A stretch of 64,000 nt of DNA from Bacteroidota bacterium (GCA_008933805.1 WBUH01000002.1:27443-91442), one strand, 5' to 3'; shown: positions 40,270-50,564, counted from the stretch's first letter. Program-made: numbers and translations. Notes: generated by a model not told the origin, from the letters alone.

Positions 40270-41034
40270 ATGAATTTGTTTTATAAGCAGTATAGCCAAA
40301 CAGGCAAGCCTTTGTTTATTTTTCATGGGTTATTCGGGATGTTGGATAATTGGCACAACGTAGCCCAACAACTGGCTGCCGATTATGCCGTTTATACTGT
40401 TGATTTGCGCAACCACGGGCAATCGCCGCACAGTGATGAGATGAATTACAGTTTGATGGCTGACGATATTGCGCAATTACTGGTATCGCTTAAATACGAA
40501 AAGGCTCACATACTTGGGCACAGCATGGGGGGAAAAGCGGTGATGACGTTTGCGCTTAAATACCCTGCAATGATTGATAAACTGATTGTGGCCGATATAG
40601 GTGTGAAAGAATATAAGCGCGGCCACGATGATATTTTTGATGCTATTATTCCGCTGAAACTTGAAACGTTTGAAACCCGCGGCGATATTGACCGACACCT
40701 TACTCCACTATTGCCTGAGTTTAGTACCCGCCAGTTTATTCTTAAAAACCTTGCCCGCAATGCTGATGGCGGTTTTTATTGGAAAATGAACGTTGAGTCT
40801 ATCTATAAAAACTACGAAAATATAGTAGGGCCCATCAAGTCGGCCAAGCCGTATATGGGAGAAACAATGTTTTTGCGGGGAGGAAACTCGAAATACGTAA
40901 CCGATGAGGACTGGACTGATATTCAAACCCTTTTCCCCAACGCAAAACTAAGCACTATTGAAGGTGCCGGTCACTGGGTGCACGCTGAAAACCCTGCCGC
41001 AGTTGTTGCCTATGTGAAAGAGTTTTTGAGCTGA
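40270..41034 (+). CDS. Alpha/beta-fold hydrolase
   Basis: 254 aa. Nucleophile elbow GHSMGG. Oxyanion region HGLFG. Confidence 0.8.
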   Translation: MNLFYKQYSQTGKPLFIFHGLFGMLDNWHNVAQQLAADYAVYTVDLRNHGQSPHSDEMNYSLMADDIAQLLVSLKYEKAHILGHSMGGKAVMTFALKYPAMIDKLIVADIGVKEYKRGHDDIFDAIIPLKLETFETRGDIDRHLTPLLPEFSTRQFILKNLARNADGGFYWKMNVESIYKNYENIVGPIKSAKPYMGETMFLRGGNSKYVTDEDWTDIQTLFPNAKLSTIEGAGHWVHAENPAAVVAYVKEFLS

Positions 41035-41046
41035 TAAAATAGTTAC

Positions 41047-41145
41047 GACGGATTAAAATCCGTCGCTCCTAAGATTACAAAGCGTGGAGGGACTTAAGTC
41101 CCTCCACGCTTTGTAATTTTTACAGAATAGGATTTCAATCCTATT
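41047..41145. repeat. Three consecutive intergenic hairpins (family 1, family 2, plus one more)
   Basis: gacggattaaaatccgtc at 41047-41064. attacaaagcgtggaggGACTTAAGTCcctccacgctttgtaat at 41074-41117 (19-bp stem). aataggatttcaatcctatt at 41126-41145. Confidence 0.75.
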
Positions 41146-41281
41146 AAACACGACAGTCTTTACATTCTCCTTTCCTACGGAAAAAGAAATGTTATATTTC
41201 CGTTAACATTTGCAAAGTTGAGCCACCCTTTACAACTCAAAAAAGAATAAGCGCGTTTATCAAAGTACAATCGTCAAACCT

Positions 41282-44200
41282 ATGAAAAATCTCAAAGCAC
41301 TGCTGTGGGTTATCACGGCAATAGTAGCTGTTCCTTTTACAGTAAAGGGGCAAGCTCCCACTATTGAAGGCAGCGAATATTCATACTTGTACAAGCTTGA
41401 AAAAGAACAAGTACGCTGGATGCTCGACAGTGCTTGGCTAAGCGATAAAAGCCCCATACTAACGGCACCTGTAGATAGCTCATTACGCATCAACAACAGC
41501 AATCCGTTTGTGCCTAAGAAGCTGGCAAGAGGCTACTATTTATCCGCCTACGCTGCTGATTTAACCATTAATGCTCAGTTGCACATTCACCAACCGTTTT
41601 TTCCTACCATACAAGAAACCAACGGGGTGTGGTGGTTTGTGTTTAAAGATACCCTGCAAAGCATTGTGAAGGGCGGTACGCTTACCATGATTGGCAGCAA
41701 AGAGAAAGACAGTGTAATTGGTTACGATTCGTCGTGTATGTGCTATCCTGTGCCGCTGCAAAAGCAAGACCGCTGGTTTTTGTTTGAAAAGGGTACAGAG
41801 TTTTATTACCTGAAAGTATATTCTCCCTACAAAAAAGTAAAACGCGATTGTACCCGCCCATGGTGGAAATTTTGGAAAAAATGCCGCCCTGCATACAGCG
41901 ATTATAACAACTACAATTACAGATACCGCCCAAGAGGATGGCGCAGGTTATTAAACTGGGCATCGGATGTTTTTAGCCGCCCTGCAACCCCCATGCAGCT
42001 TAACCCGGGTTATATGGTGATTAACCAGCCTGAGTACAAACACTTTGATTCACTAAAGATGAAAGCTTTTATAGTGAACAAAAAGGGCAAGCCGCTTAAG
42101 AAGGATTTGTATGTAAAAATTACAACGCAGTCCAACTTCTACCAGCCGCTGCTATTCAAAAAAATATCGCCGGTTACACGGGGAGCTTATACGTTTGATA
42201 TGGCGATACCCGACAGTTTCCTGCTCGACCAAACGTATCTAATTTCTATTACCGATAAGTTGGGGAGAAGCTATAAATCAAGCCAATTTAAAGTAGCCGA
42301 TTACGAACTTAAAAAGGTGAGCTACAGTTGGGAAAACGGTTCGCCCGAATATTACCGAGGTAATGATATTGTTTTTTACGCTAAATCAGTTGATGCAAAC
42401 AACCTGCCCCTGCCCGATGCCACAGTGCGGTTACGATTGAGGATAGACCAAGTATTAGCTACATACGACACCTTGATAGCCTTGCGCGATAGTGTGTTTA
42501 CTTCGTGGTACGATACCCTGTTGGCGTGCAGCCCTGATGGGTTAACACCGATACACTTGCCGCAACACCTGTTGCCCAATGCTGATTTGAGAATTTTTGG
42601 TACCATGAATTTTACCAATGCAGATAACCAACCCGGTTTTGCACAATGGCAATTCAATATTCTAGCCGACTCTAAACGATTTTTTGTAAAAGAAGATAGT
42701 AACGGTTTAAGAGCAGGGTATGTAGTACAAGGCCGCATACAAAAAGAAATTCCGGCGTATTGGGTGGTTGAATATACTACAGGCGTTAGAACGGAAAAGA
42801 AAATCACTCTGCCGTATTACCAAGATTGGGAGCCCGGGGCTACATTGTATCGTTTGTTAGATTCAGGCAGACGCGAGATAAGCTCGATTGCTATGCCCCG
42901 CCAAATACCCAAACCGCCTGCATTTATCGTTACCAAAACTTACGACTCGCTGCACATTGATTTGCAAAACCCTTTGGGCATTGAGGTGGGTTGGCGCATC
43001 TTATCAGGCAAAAAGCTGATTGAAAAAGGTGCGGGTAACAGCCTATCGTACCATAAAAAACTAAAAGGCACTAAGCCTGTGTATGTGGCATATACCTACA
43101 CTTGGGGAGGCAATTTATTTACCTACGAAACCATTGCTTGGGTGAAGGAAAAACAGTTGACGGTGAAAATTGAACAACCCGAAGTTGTTTACCCCGGACA
43201 AGAAATTGCCGTTGATATTACGGTTACCGATTATAAAAACAGGGGTGCAAGTGGAGTGAATCTTACCGCATACAGCGTAAACATGGAGTTTGAGAACATT
43301 CCCTACCCACAAATGCCCTATTATGGTAAAAACTACGGCGGGCAGTTGGTTAAGAAGCCCATCAACAACATGAGTTTGTGGGAGAAAAGCTACAACTATA
43401 CGTTGCCCTGCAATCCGTATCTGTACAAATGGATGGGCTTGGCAAGCCATCCCTACTACCGTTTGATGTATAGCCCAACAGCATTGGGTATTTTAAAAGA
43501 CAGCCTATCCGACGGGAAAACCCAGTTAAGCCTGTTTGCAAGAAACTCAAACACCAACTACAAAAACTACTATGCTGCTTGGATTGACGATACCTTGGCG
43601 TATTTGAGCCTGAGCGGACAAGAACCCAATGCCTACCGAGTGAAACCCGGCAAGCACAAAATAACCTTGCGCACGTATGAGGGATTGTATGAAACAGATA
43701 GTATTGAATGCACGGCAGGAATGCGCACCCTTGTAGGGCTTAATACGGATAGTATTTATAACAACCGTACCATTAAACGTACTGAGATGTTGAAGGAGGT
43801 GAGAAAAGAAGAGTACGGGTTGTACCAGCCTCATGTATTGTACATCACCGGAGATAAAAACTCCATGTATGGAGATAATCTTTCAAGGGGATACCTAAGA
43901 CAGGGGGATAAAATTTACAACATCGGCAGGTTACAAAAATCATACACATACGGGCACAACGATAACCTTAAAAACAATCCGTACTACTTTTACAAAGTAG
44001 GGCCGTTTGAAAAGGGGTGGATAGATTTGATTATTGACCAACGGGTAATAACGTTCTTCTTTAATCCAGAGTATGTTTATACTTATTCAACAGTAGCGGT
44101 AATGTCGTCAGATGTGAATTACGACGACTTTAAACCGCAACCACTGCCCTCTTTCTACAGCTTTGCAGATACCGCTACCGAACTACCGCCGCCACCGCCC

Positions 44201-47200
44201 GAAGAGCCTAAAGTAAATATTATTCCAACTTACGCTTCAACCAATCCCTTGCAGCACCCCGGTATGCGTACCTATTACCACCCGTATTGGGTGGGCAAAG
44301 GTTGTTTTTATCGCGTATCCAATAGTAAAGATAACCGTATCATGAACTGGTGGTTTATTAATAACGACAGTCTCGAAATGTCGACCGTAGTAGCATGGCA
44401 AACAGGTGTTATAAACCCGCACTTAGTCCCCGGCAATTACGATATAGTAATGCTAACTGATACCAACAGTTTTAAACTGCTGCGCAATGTGCAGGTGCTG
44501 GATAGTTTTATTGTGTATTACAACCCCACCGACGAAGGCTTTATGAAATACGATACCCTTTTGATGTGGAGTTACCTTACCAAAATAAAACTTATAAACA
44601 GAGGGCCTGTACCCGAATATTACAACACCCCTGTGAAGTTAAAGGTAACTACTGATAATGAACCCGCTAAGGGGGCAGAAAAAGTAGTAGGTGAATTGAG
44701 TCTCAACAGCCGATACATAAGCAATGCCCTGATAGTGATTGAAGACGGTAAAGGCGGTTTTATAAACGGAGGGCTTACCAATCAGTTCGGGTTTTATCAA
44801 ATACCGCTGAAACCGGGAACGTATTATATGAAAATATTTACCCCTCAGTGGGATATGTTTCATGTAGAGAAACTTACGGTAACTGCAAAGAAAAATACCA
44901 TAGCCCACCTACACATTGGCAATTACAGCCCCGAAGTATTGGCAAGAAACTTTAACAATCTTCCCCGTTCACAAACCAGCGAAAAGCTAACCAATAACGG
45001 TACACAACCTAAGTATGAAAACACATCAACAGGAAACTGTTTTGGCAACAATTGCGGGGAAGTAAAGGGTATTATTTCCGACGCTGCAACGGGTGAACCT
45101 TTGGTAGGGGCAACAGTAATGATAGAAAGTAATAGCATAGCTACAGCTACCGGTATAGACGGTGATTACCGCATAAAAGGATTATCGGCAGGAACATACA
45201 CCCTTGTAGTGAGGTACGTAGGGTATCAAACCCAAAAGGTTATGAATGTGAATGTTGGTACCGGTGCAACTACTTTTTTAAACATTGAGTTAAGAGAGAA
45301 TGTTAGTGAAGTGGGTGAGGTGATTGTGACAGAAAGAGCAAGAATGCCCGTTGTTAAAGGCGATGAAATGAGTTACAATAGCGAAAGATATTATTCAGCT
45401 ACATCTCCGATGATGAATGAAAGTGTAACGACGATGGATGTTGTAACCACTACTTCAAAAAGCAAGAGAAGAAAAACATTAAACAGTCCTGATTTTAGTG
45501 ATGGTGAAGAACAAGGCTACGAAGAGGAATACAATCCTTTTAGGGGTAATGCCTTAGCCGATAGTACTGAAGTAAACTGGGTTGACAGGCAAAAAGAAGC
45601 ACAACGCCTGCAAGGAATGCTGGGGGATAGCAATGCCCTTTTGGTACGCAAAACCTTCCGCGATTACGGGTATTGGATACCCAATCTGCTTACTAACCGC
45701 AAGGGCAAAGCGGGCTTCACCGTAAAACTACCCGATAACCAAACCCAATGGAAATCATTTGTGCCAGCCATGGACGGTAAACGCCGTACGGGTTTGGGAA
45801 CAGCTACCATAAAAGCCTACAAGCCGTTAACGGCCAACCTTTCAGTACCCCGTGTAATGGTTGCAGGCGACCGCTTAGAGATTACAGGAAAAACAGTAAA
45901 CTATACATCAGACTCGGTAGTGGTGAATGCCTTGTTGCGTGTAAACGATAAAGATTTGTATAACAACCCGATGGGGTTGCGCTATTACCAACTGGTACAG
46001 CAGTTTTTAGAACCCATTAAGGCCGGAGAAACCGTAGTACAATACAGCATTAAGATGGACAACGGTTACCTTGACGGCGAAATACGCAATGTACCCGTGT
46101 TAGAAAACGGCTTATTGGTAAACAACGGCGAAAGTCAAACCCTTGACGGCAATTTAGAGCGTACCCTTTACCCCGAAGAGGGTTTTATCAACCGCGAGTT
46201 GATGGTGAGTAACCGAAAAGTGGTATTGCTGGAGGCAGAGTTGAATAAACTGCGCAACTATCAATACGGTTGTGTGGAGCAAACGGCATCAAAGCTAAAA
46301 GCCTTGTTGCTTGAAAAGCAGTTTGCAAAAGCACTGAACAAACCGTTTACGGATGAAAAAGAAATCAGCCAGTGCGTAAAACGCCTTGAAAAATTCCAAA
46401 ACACCGACGGATCATGGGGATGGTGGAGTCGCACCCTTACCGATTACTGGATGACAATTTATGCCACTGATGCACTGCAACGCGCCGTTAAAGCAGGGTA
46501 TAAAACACAAAGTGCGCTTACAGGAGCACAACATTTATGGGGTGTGTATCAATTTTTGGCCATCCCGCATAAAATCAATTCGTTAGAACTGTTTATTAAT
46601 GGCGGGTTTGGCTCGGTAGCTGATAAAATTGCAAAACTGGATACTCTTAACCTTAACCTGCAAGAACGTTATGCACTGATGAAAGCGAAACAAGCTTCGG
46701 GTATAAAAATTAATACCAAACCTTTGCTGGAAGCAGTGCGCTTACCTAATGAAAAACAGGCTGTGTGGGGCGAGAAAGTATTTAGTATTTCAGTAAACGA
46801 GTTGCAAACTTCTGCCGTTGTGTATGAAATTTTGAGAAAAGAAGGCGGCCATGATGAATTACTGAAAAAAGTGCGTAATTACTTCTTATCGCAGCCTCAT
46901 ACTTCAAGAAACACCATCGAGTCGGCCACCGTGTTGCAAACGTTTATGCAGGATATTGTTACAGAGGATAACAAACGCGAGGAGTTGATACCCGATTTCA
47001 GCATCAACGGAAAAGCAACCCCTTTACCCCTTGCCATGAAAATAGCTCCGGCTGATACTGTAAAGCTGGCTAAAAAGGGCAGTGAGTTGTTTTACGTGTA
47101 CTCGTGGCAACAATTTGAGGCCAATCCGGATGCTCGTACTCAAATATTTGATATACGGACTTCGTTTGAACAAAACAAACGCATGACAGATACTTTGCAG

Positions 47201-47518
47201 GTGGGTAAACCTGTTACCATGCACATCAGCATGACAATTGATAAAGAGCGTGAGTATGTGATGCTGGAAATACCTATCCCCGCAGGGTTTTCATACCAAA
47301 GCAAAACACCCGGTTATGCATACGAACAACACCGTGAACATTTTGACGACAAGGTGGCTATTTTCTTTGGCAAGTTGCCCCGCGGTTTGTATAGCTTTAA
47401 AGTAGAATTACTTCCTAAGTTTAAAGGACAAGTAACTTTATTACCTGCCCGTGCAGAAGAGATGTACTTCCCGCTTCACTTTGGCAACAACGCCAAACGC
47501 ACCATAGTGGTTGAATAG
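41282..47518 (+). CDS. Alpha-2-macroglobulin family giant protein (MG-domain/thioester type), secreted
   Basis: 2078 aa with a signal peptide. Thioester-type motif YQYGCVEQT (canonical CxEQ) about 450 aa from the C-terminus. Embedded carboxypeptidase-regulatory-like beta-sandwich (GIISDAATGEPLVGATVMIE...YTLVVRYVGYQTQ). Confidence 0.72.
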   Translation: MKNLKALLWVITAIVAVPFTVKGQAPTIEGSEYSYLYKLEKEQVRWMLDSAWLSDKSPILTAPVDSSLRINNSNPFVPKKLARGYYLSAYAADLTINAQLHIHQPFFPTIQETNGVWWFVFKDTLQSIVKGGTLTMIGSKEKDSVIGYDSSCMCYPVPLQKQDRWFLFEKGTEFYYLKVYSPYKKVKRDCTRPWWKFWKKCRPAYSDYNNYNYRYRPRGWRRLLNWASDVFSRPATPMQLNPGYMVINQPEYKHFDSLKMKAFIVNKKGKPLKKDLYVKITTQSNFYQPLLFKKISPVTRGAYTFDMAIPDSFLLDQTYLISITDKLGRSYKSSQFKVADYELKKVSYSWENGSPEYYRGNDIVFYAKSVDANNLPLPDATVRLRLRIDQVLATYDTLIALRDSVFTSWYDTLLACSPDGLTPIHLPQHLLPNADLRIFGTMNFTNADNQPGFAQWQFNILADSKRFFVKEDSNGLRAGYVVQGRIQKEIPAYWVVEYTTGVRTEKKITLPYYQDWEPGATLYRLLDSGRREISSIAMPRQIPKPPAFIVTKTYDSLHIDLQNPLGIEVGWRILSGKKLIEKGAGNSLSYHKKLKGTKPVYVAYTYTWGGNLFTYETIAWVKEKQLTVKIEQPEVVYPGQEIAVDITVTDYKNRGASGVNLTAYSVNMEFENIPYPQMPYYGKNYGGQLVKKPINNMSLWEKSYNYTLPCNPYLYKWMGLASHPYYRLMYSPTALGILKDSLSDGKTQLSLFARNSNTNYKNYYAAWIDDTLAYLSLSGQEPNAYRVKPGKHKITLRTYEGLYETDSIECTAGMRTLVGLNTDSIYNNRTIKRTEMLKEVRKEEYGLYQPHVLYITGDKNSMYGDNLSRGYLRQGDKIYNIGRLQKSYTYGHNDNLKNNPYYFYKVGPFEKGWIDLIIDQRVITFFFNPEYVYTYSTVAVMSSDVNYDDFKPQPLPSFYSFADTATELPPPPPEEPKVNIIPTYASTNPLQHPGMRTYYHPYWVGKGCFYRVSNSKDNRIMNWWFINNDSLEMSTVVAWQTGVINPHLVPGNYDIVMLTDTNSFKLLRNVQVLDSFIVYYNPTDEGFMKYDTLLMWSYLTKIKLINRGPVPEYYNTPVKLKVTTDNEPAKGAEKVVGELSLNSRYISNALIVIEDGKGGFINGGLTNQFGFYQIPLKPGTYYMKIFTPQWDMFHVEKLTVTAKKNTIAHLHIGNYSPEVLARNFNNLPRSQTSEKLTNNGTQPKYENTSTGNCFGNNCGEVKGIISDAATGEPLVGATVMIESNSIATATGIDGDYRIKGLSAGTYTLVVRYVGYQTQKVMNVNVGTGATTFLNIELRENVSEVGEVIVTERARMPVVKGDEMSYNSERYYSATSPMMNESVTTMDVVTTTSKSKRRKTLNSPDFSDGEEQGYEEEYNPFRGNALADSTEVNWVDRQKEAQRLQGMLGDSNALLVRKTFRDYGYWIPNLLTNRKGKAGFTVKLPDNQTQWKSFVPAMDGKRRTGLGTATIKAYKPLTANLSVPRVMVAGDRLEITGKTVNYTSDSVVVNALLRVNDKDLYNNPMGLRYYQLVQQFLEPIKAGETVVQYSIKMDNGYLDGEIRNVPVLENGLLVNNGESQTLDGNLERTLYPEEGFINRELMVSNRKVVLLEAELNKLRNYQYGCVEQTASKLKALLLEKQFAKALNKPFTDEKEISQCVKRLEKFQNTDGSWGWWSRTLTDYWMTIYATDALQRAVKAGYKTQSALTGAQHLWGVYQFLAIPHKINSLELFINGGFGSVADKIAKLDTLNLNLQERYALMKAKQASGIKINTKPLLEAVRLPNEKQAVWGEKVFSISVNELQTSAVVYEILRKEGGHDELLKKVRNYFLSQPHTSRNTIESATVLQTFMQDIVTEDNKREELIPDFSINGKATPLPLAMKIAPADTVKLAKKGSELFYVYSWQQFEANPDARTQIFDIRTSFEQNKRMTDTLQVGKPVTMHISMTIDKEREYVMLEIPIPAGFSYQSKTPGYAYEQHREHFDDKVAIFFGKLPRGLYSFKVELLPKFKGQVTLLPARAEEMYFPLHFGNNAKRTIVVE

Positions 47519-47560
47519 GTTGAGTTAAAAGAAAAACCAAACGTTAACAAGGTGTATGAG

Positions 47561-47650
47561 GCCGTCATTCCCTCGAAAGAGGGAATCCGTGGGTGGGTGG
47601 CACTGTTGATTAAGTCAACCGCACAGATTCCCATTTAAAATGGGAATGAC
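47561..47650. repeat. Three nested or tandem hairpins sharing ATTCCC...GGGAAT arms, in the intergenic region after the A2M gene
   Basis: attccctc gaaa gagggaat at 47567-47586. gttgattaagtcaac at 47605-47619. attcccatttaaaatgggaat at 47627-47647. Outer complement gtcatt/aatgac. G-run gtgggtgggtgg between the hairpins. Confidence 0.6.
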
Positions 47651-47785
47651 TGACAGCCGCACACAGCAATAATAATTAGGGCTGACTTTCCCTTATTCCT
47701 AACTCGAAATAAAAGCGTCATAAAACAACATCGCCTTCCCTAATTATTTAGAGAAGGCGATTTTGTTATAACTACGCGGAGTGAA

Positions 47786-48613
47786 TTACATAAAACGGCG
47801 GCGAACCATATCGGCCAGTTCAAGAAACAGTTTGTTTTCCTCGTCCCAGCTAAACTCACGTTTCAGGTTTCTAAAGAAAGTATCTGCTTCATTTCCGTTC
47901 GTTAGCCCATTTATATAGTGTATTGACTTCGCATAAGCTTCGTGGTCGCCTTTAAAAAGTTGGTTAATAAACTCAAACTTCTTATTAATGCTAATTGCCT
48001 TCTTTAAATCGTGTATCGGGGTTTGCTGCAACTTAGATACCAAGTCATTACCCTCAGGGGCAGTTTGCAAACGGTCGTTCAGCGAAGGCTCATTCACCAG
48101 CTTATTCACAGGCTGTGCAACAGGAGCGGGTGGGGGAGTTACTGGAGGCACAGGAACAACAGGTGCAATAGGAGTTTCAACAACCACAGGGGGAGCAACG
48201 GGCGCAACAGGCTCTTGTACTTTTGGTGTCTCAACCACGGGAGCTTCAACAACTATGGGCTTCACAGGAACTTCAAAAACTGGCGGTGGCGGAACAGGTT
48301 GTTCAACCTTAGGCATGGGCGCATCAATTTTTGGAGGAGCAGGTTCTACAAATGGAGTAGTTACCGGCTCTTTTACCGGAGCAGGAGGAGGAACGGGAAC
48401 AGTAACAACAGGCGCGCTAAATTCAGCAACCTTTGTATTAGTATCAGCACTGTTTAATTCTAAAACAGCGTCGTACAACTCAATCGTGTACTTGCGCAAA
48501 AGGTCAATATCTAATGGATTAAGGGACGATTTTTGTGCAAAACCGTTATTAAGGTCGGTAATCTTGGCCGTTAATTGTTGAATTTTGTCGTGCAGTTCAG
48601 TCCTATTGCTCAT
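47786..48613 (-). CDS. Hypothetical protein with a central Pro/Val-rich low-complexity region
   Basis: 275 aa with conserved-looking N- and C-terminal globular parts. The middle is (P/V/A/E)-rich repeats. The antisense-strand ORFs at 47988-48581 are mirror artefacts. Confidence 0.5.
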   Translation of the reverse strand: MSNRTELHDKIQQLTAKITDLNNGFAQKSSLNPLDIDLLRKYTIELYDAVLELNSADTNTKVAEFSAPVVTVPVPPPAPVKEPVTTPFVEPAPPKIDAPMPKVEQPVPPPPVFEVPVKPIVVEAPVVETPKVQEPVAPVAPPVVVETPIAPVVPVPPVTPPPAPVAQPVNKLVNEPSLNDRLQTAPEGNDLVSKLQQTPIHDLKKAISINKKFEFINQLFKGDHEAYAKSIHYINGLTNGNEADTFFRNLKREFSWDEENKLFLELADMVRRRFM

Positions 48614-48734
48614 TTTAAATTATTTTGCGCTTCAAATATAGCCCCGCTTTGTGAGGCAAATGTTATAAAGCATGGGTAAGTATTGCACGTGGCAATGTGT
48701 ATAATTATAAAACCGTTAAAAGGCTCAGTATAGT

Positions 48735-49313
48735 ATGTTTATAGAACCCACCGGAAACAGGGGCAGACAAAAAGGATGGATAGAGGTAGTGTGCGGTTGT
48801 ATGTTCAGCGGTAAAACCGAGGAGCTGATACGTCGTCTCAAAAGGGCGAGGTTTGCCCACCAGCGGGTAGAGATTTTTAAACCGATGACGGATGTGCGCT
48901 ACCACGAGCAAAACATCGTCTCACACGATGCTAGTGAGATTCGTTCTACTCCCGTTGATTCTTCCCTTAATATCTTATTGATGGCGGGTGATGCCGAGGT
49001 GATTGGTATTGACGAGGCCCAGTTTTTTGATAACGAGTTACCCAACGTTTGTGCCGAGATGGCTGCACGCGGCATTAGGGTAATAGTGGCAGGATTGGAC
49101 ATGGATTATAGAGGTCAGCCTTTTGGACCCATGCCAAATTTGATGGCAAAAGCTGAGTTTGTAACCAAAGTACACGCTATATGTATGAAGTGCGGTGATT
49201 TGGCCACCCACTCATTCCGTACCACCCACCAAACCGACCAAGTTTTGCTGGGTGAAAAAGAAAGCTACGAACCCCGTTGCCGTCGCTGCTTTAATGAAGA
49301 TTTTAAACCTTGA
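48735..49313 (+). CDS. tdk: Thymidine kinase
   Basis: 192 aa. P-loop [12 protein letters not shown]-terminal zinc ribbon CMKCG...CRRC. Confidence 0.9.
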   Translation: MFIEPTGNRGRQKGWIEVVCGCMFSGKTEELIRRLKRARFAHQRVEIFKPMTDVRYHEQNIVSHDASEIRSTPVDSSLNILLMAGDAEVIGIDEAQFFDNELPNVCAEMAARGIRVIVAGLDMDYRGQPFGPMPNLMAKAEFVTKVHAICMKCGDLATHSFRTTHQTDQVLLGEKESYEPRCRRCFNEDFKP

Positions 49314-49466
49314 TTTTCAATAGCACAGGATTTCATGTCCTGCGACACCGTGTGCCCAGTTCAGTGTCTATTTATAAACAATTGCCAATGGCAGTAAACC
49401 AAATTTAACTTTGGTTTGTTAATATTGAAGATTGATTTACTATTCATTATTTAAACATAAATAACA

Positions 49467-50063
49467 ATGGCTTTTGAATTACCCGCACTAGACTATGCAT
49501 ACAATGCGCTTGAACCGCACATTGATGCACGCACAATGGAAATACACCATAGCAAACACCACCAAGCATACGTTACCAACCTTAATAATGCTATCGCCGG
49601 AACTGATGCAGAAGGTTTGAGCATTGAAGATATTTGCCGCAACATCAGCAAATATGCTCCTGCCGTTCGCAACAACGGTGGTGGTCATTACAACCACAGC
49701 CTGTTTTGGAATATCATGGCCCCCGGCAAAGGCGGCGTTCCTACAGGTGCTTTAGGCGATGCTATCACCAGCACTTTTGGTTCTTTTGATGCATTTAAAG
49801 AAAAATTTGCCGCTGCTGCTGCTACCCGTTTTGGTAGCGGATGGGCTTGGTTGATTAAAAATGCCGAAGGTAAGCTTGAAGTAACCAGCACCCCTAACCA
49901 AGATAATCCTTTGATGGACATTGCCGACGTAAAAGGCACTCCGTTGTTGGGTATCGACGTATGGGAACACGCGTATTACCTTAACTACCAAAACCGCCGC
50001 CCTGATTACGTAGCAGCATTTTGGAATGTAATTAACTGGGATGCCGTAGCGGCTCGCTTTTAA
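49467..50063 (+). CDS. Fe/Mn superoxide dismutase
   Basis: 198 aa. [28 protein letters not shown], and the metal ligands in DVWEHAYY. Confidence 0.9.
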   Translation: MAFELPALDYAYNALEPHIDARTMEIHHSKHHQAYVTNLNNAIAGTDAEGLSIEDICRNISKYAPAVRNNGGGHYNHSLFWNIMAPGKGGVPTGALGDAITSTFGSFDAFKEKFAAAAATRFGSGWAWLIKNAEGKLEVTSTPNQDNPLMDIADVKGTPLLGIDVWEHAYYLNYQNRRPDYVAAFWNVINWDAVAARF

Positions 50064-50091
50064 TTCACCGTATTACATAGTAAATAAAAAA

Positions 50092-50107
50092 GGGGCGCAA
50101 GCCCCTT
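50092..50107. terminator. Bidirectional terminator between the SOD gene and the cytochrome c gene
   Basis: aaaaaa ggggc gcaa gcccc tttttt: A-run, hairpin, T-run. Confidence 0.75.
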
Positions 50108-50109
50108 TT

Positions 50110-50469
50110 TTATTTTAAACTGTTTATCCATTTGGCAATAGCCAGTGCATCTTCTTGCGGTAAACGTTGGGGCAGCATCGGGGGGTAGCCCGGCCAGTTT
50201 TCAGGCTTGGGGTTATACATCAAACTCACCATTTGCTCATCAGTGTATCCTTTTTTAGCAACCTCATTAAAAGCAGGCCCTACTAATTTTTCACTTGGCT
50301 TATGGCAGGTAAGGCAAGTATGTTCGTCAAGCTTGGCTTGTATATCAGCAGGCGGCTCAATGGTGACTGTTTGCTGTGTGGCTTGTTCAGTACTTTGTGC
50401 GGGTTTCTTTTCATTTCCGCAGGCAGTCATTGCAAACCCTGCAATCATAAGAATCACGTAGTTTTTCAT
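50110..50469 (-). CDS. Class I c-type cytochrome, lipoprotein
   Basis: 119 aa. Lipobox MTACG. Single CLTCH haem site and a distal Met. Confidence 0.75.
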   Translation of the reverse strand: MKNYVILMIAGFAMTACGNEKKPAQSTEQATQQTVTIEPPADIQAKLDEHTCLTCHKPSEKLVGPAFNEVAKKGYTDEQMVSLMYNPKPENWPGYPPMLPQRLPQEDALAIAKWINSLK

Positions 50470-50564
50470 ACACTCAAAAATTTCAGCGAAAATAAAGGCT
50501 TGCTGTATGAAACACTACAAAACTTTACCGATAGGAAAAACAAAAGGCTAAAGCGTTGACGGTA

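Noticed and set aside
41040-41280. Possible small ncRNA or riboswitch upstream of the A2M gene.
   Set aside because: The structure is fully explained by three members of the dispersed hairpin-repeat families. There is no additional conserved single-stranded motif suggestive of a riboswitch.
47988-48581. Plus-strand ORFs (197 aa, Gly/Thr-rich; 148 aa, Arg/Asn-rich) antisense to the Pro-rich protein gene.
   Set aside because: They are mirror images of a low-complexity Pro/Val-rich coding region on the other strand, with no independent support.
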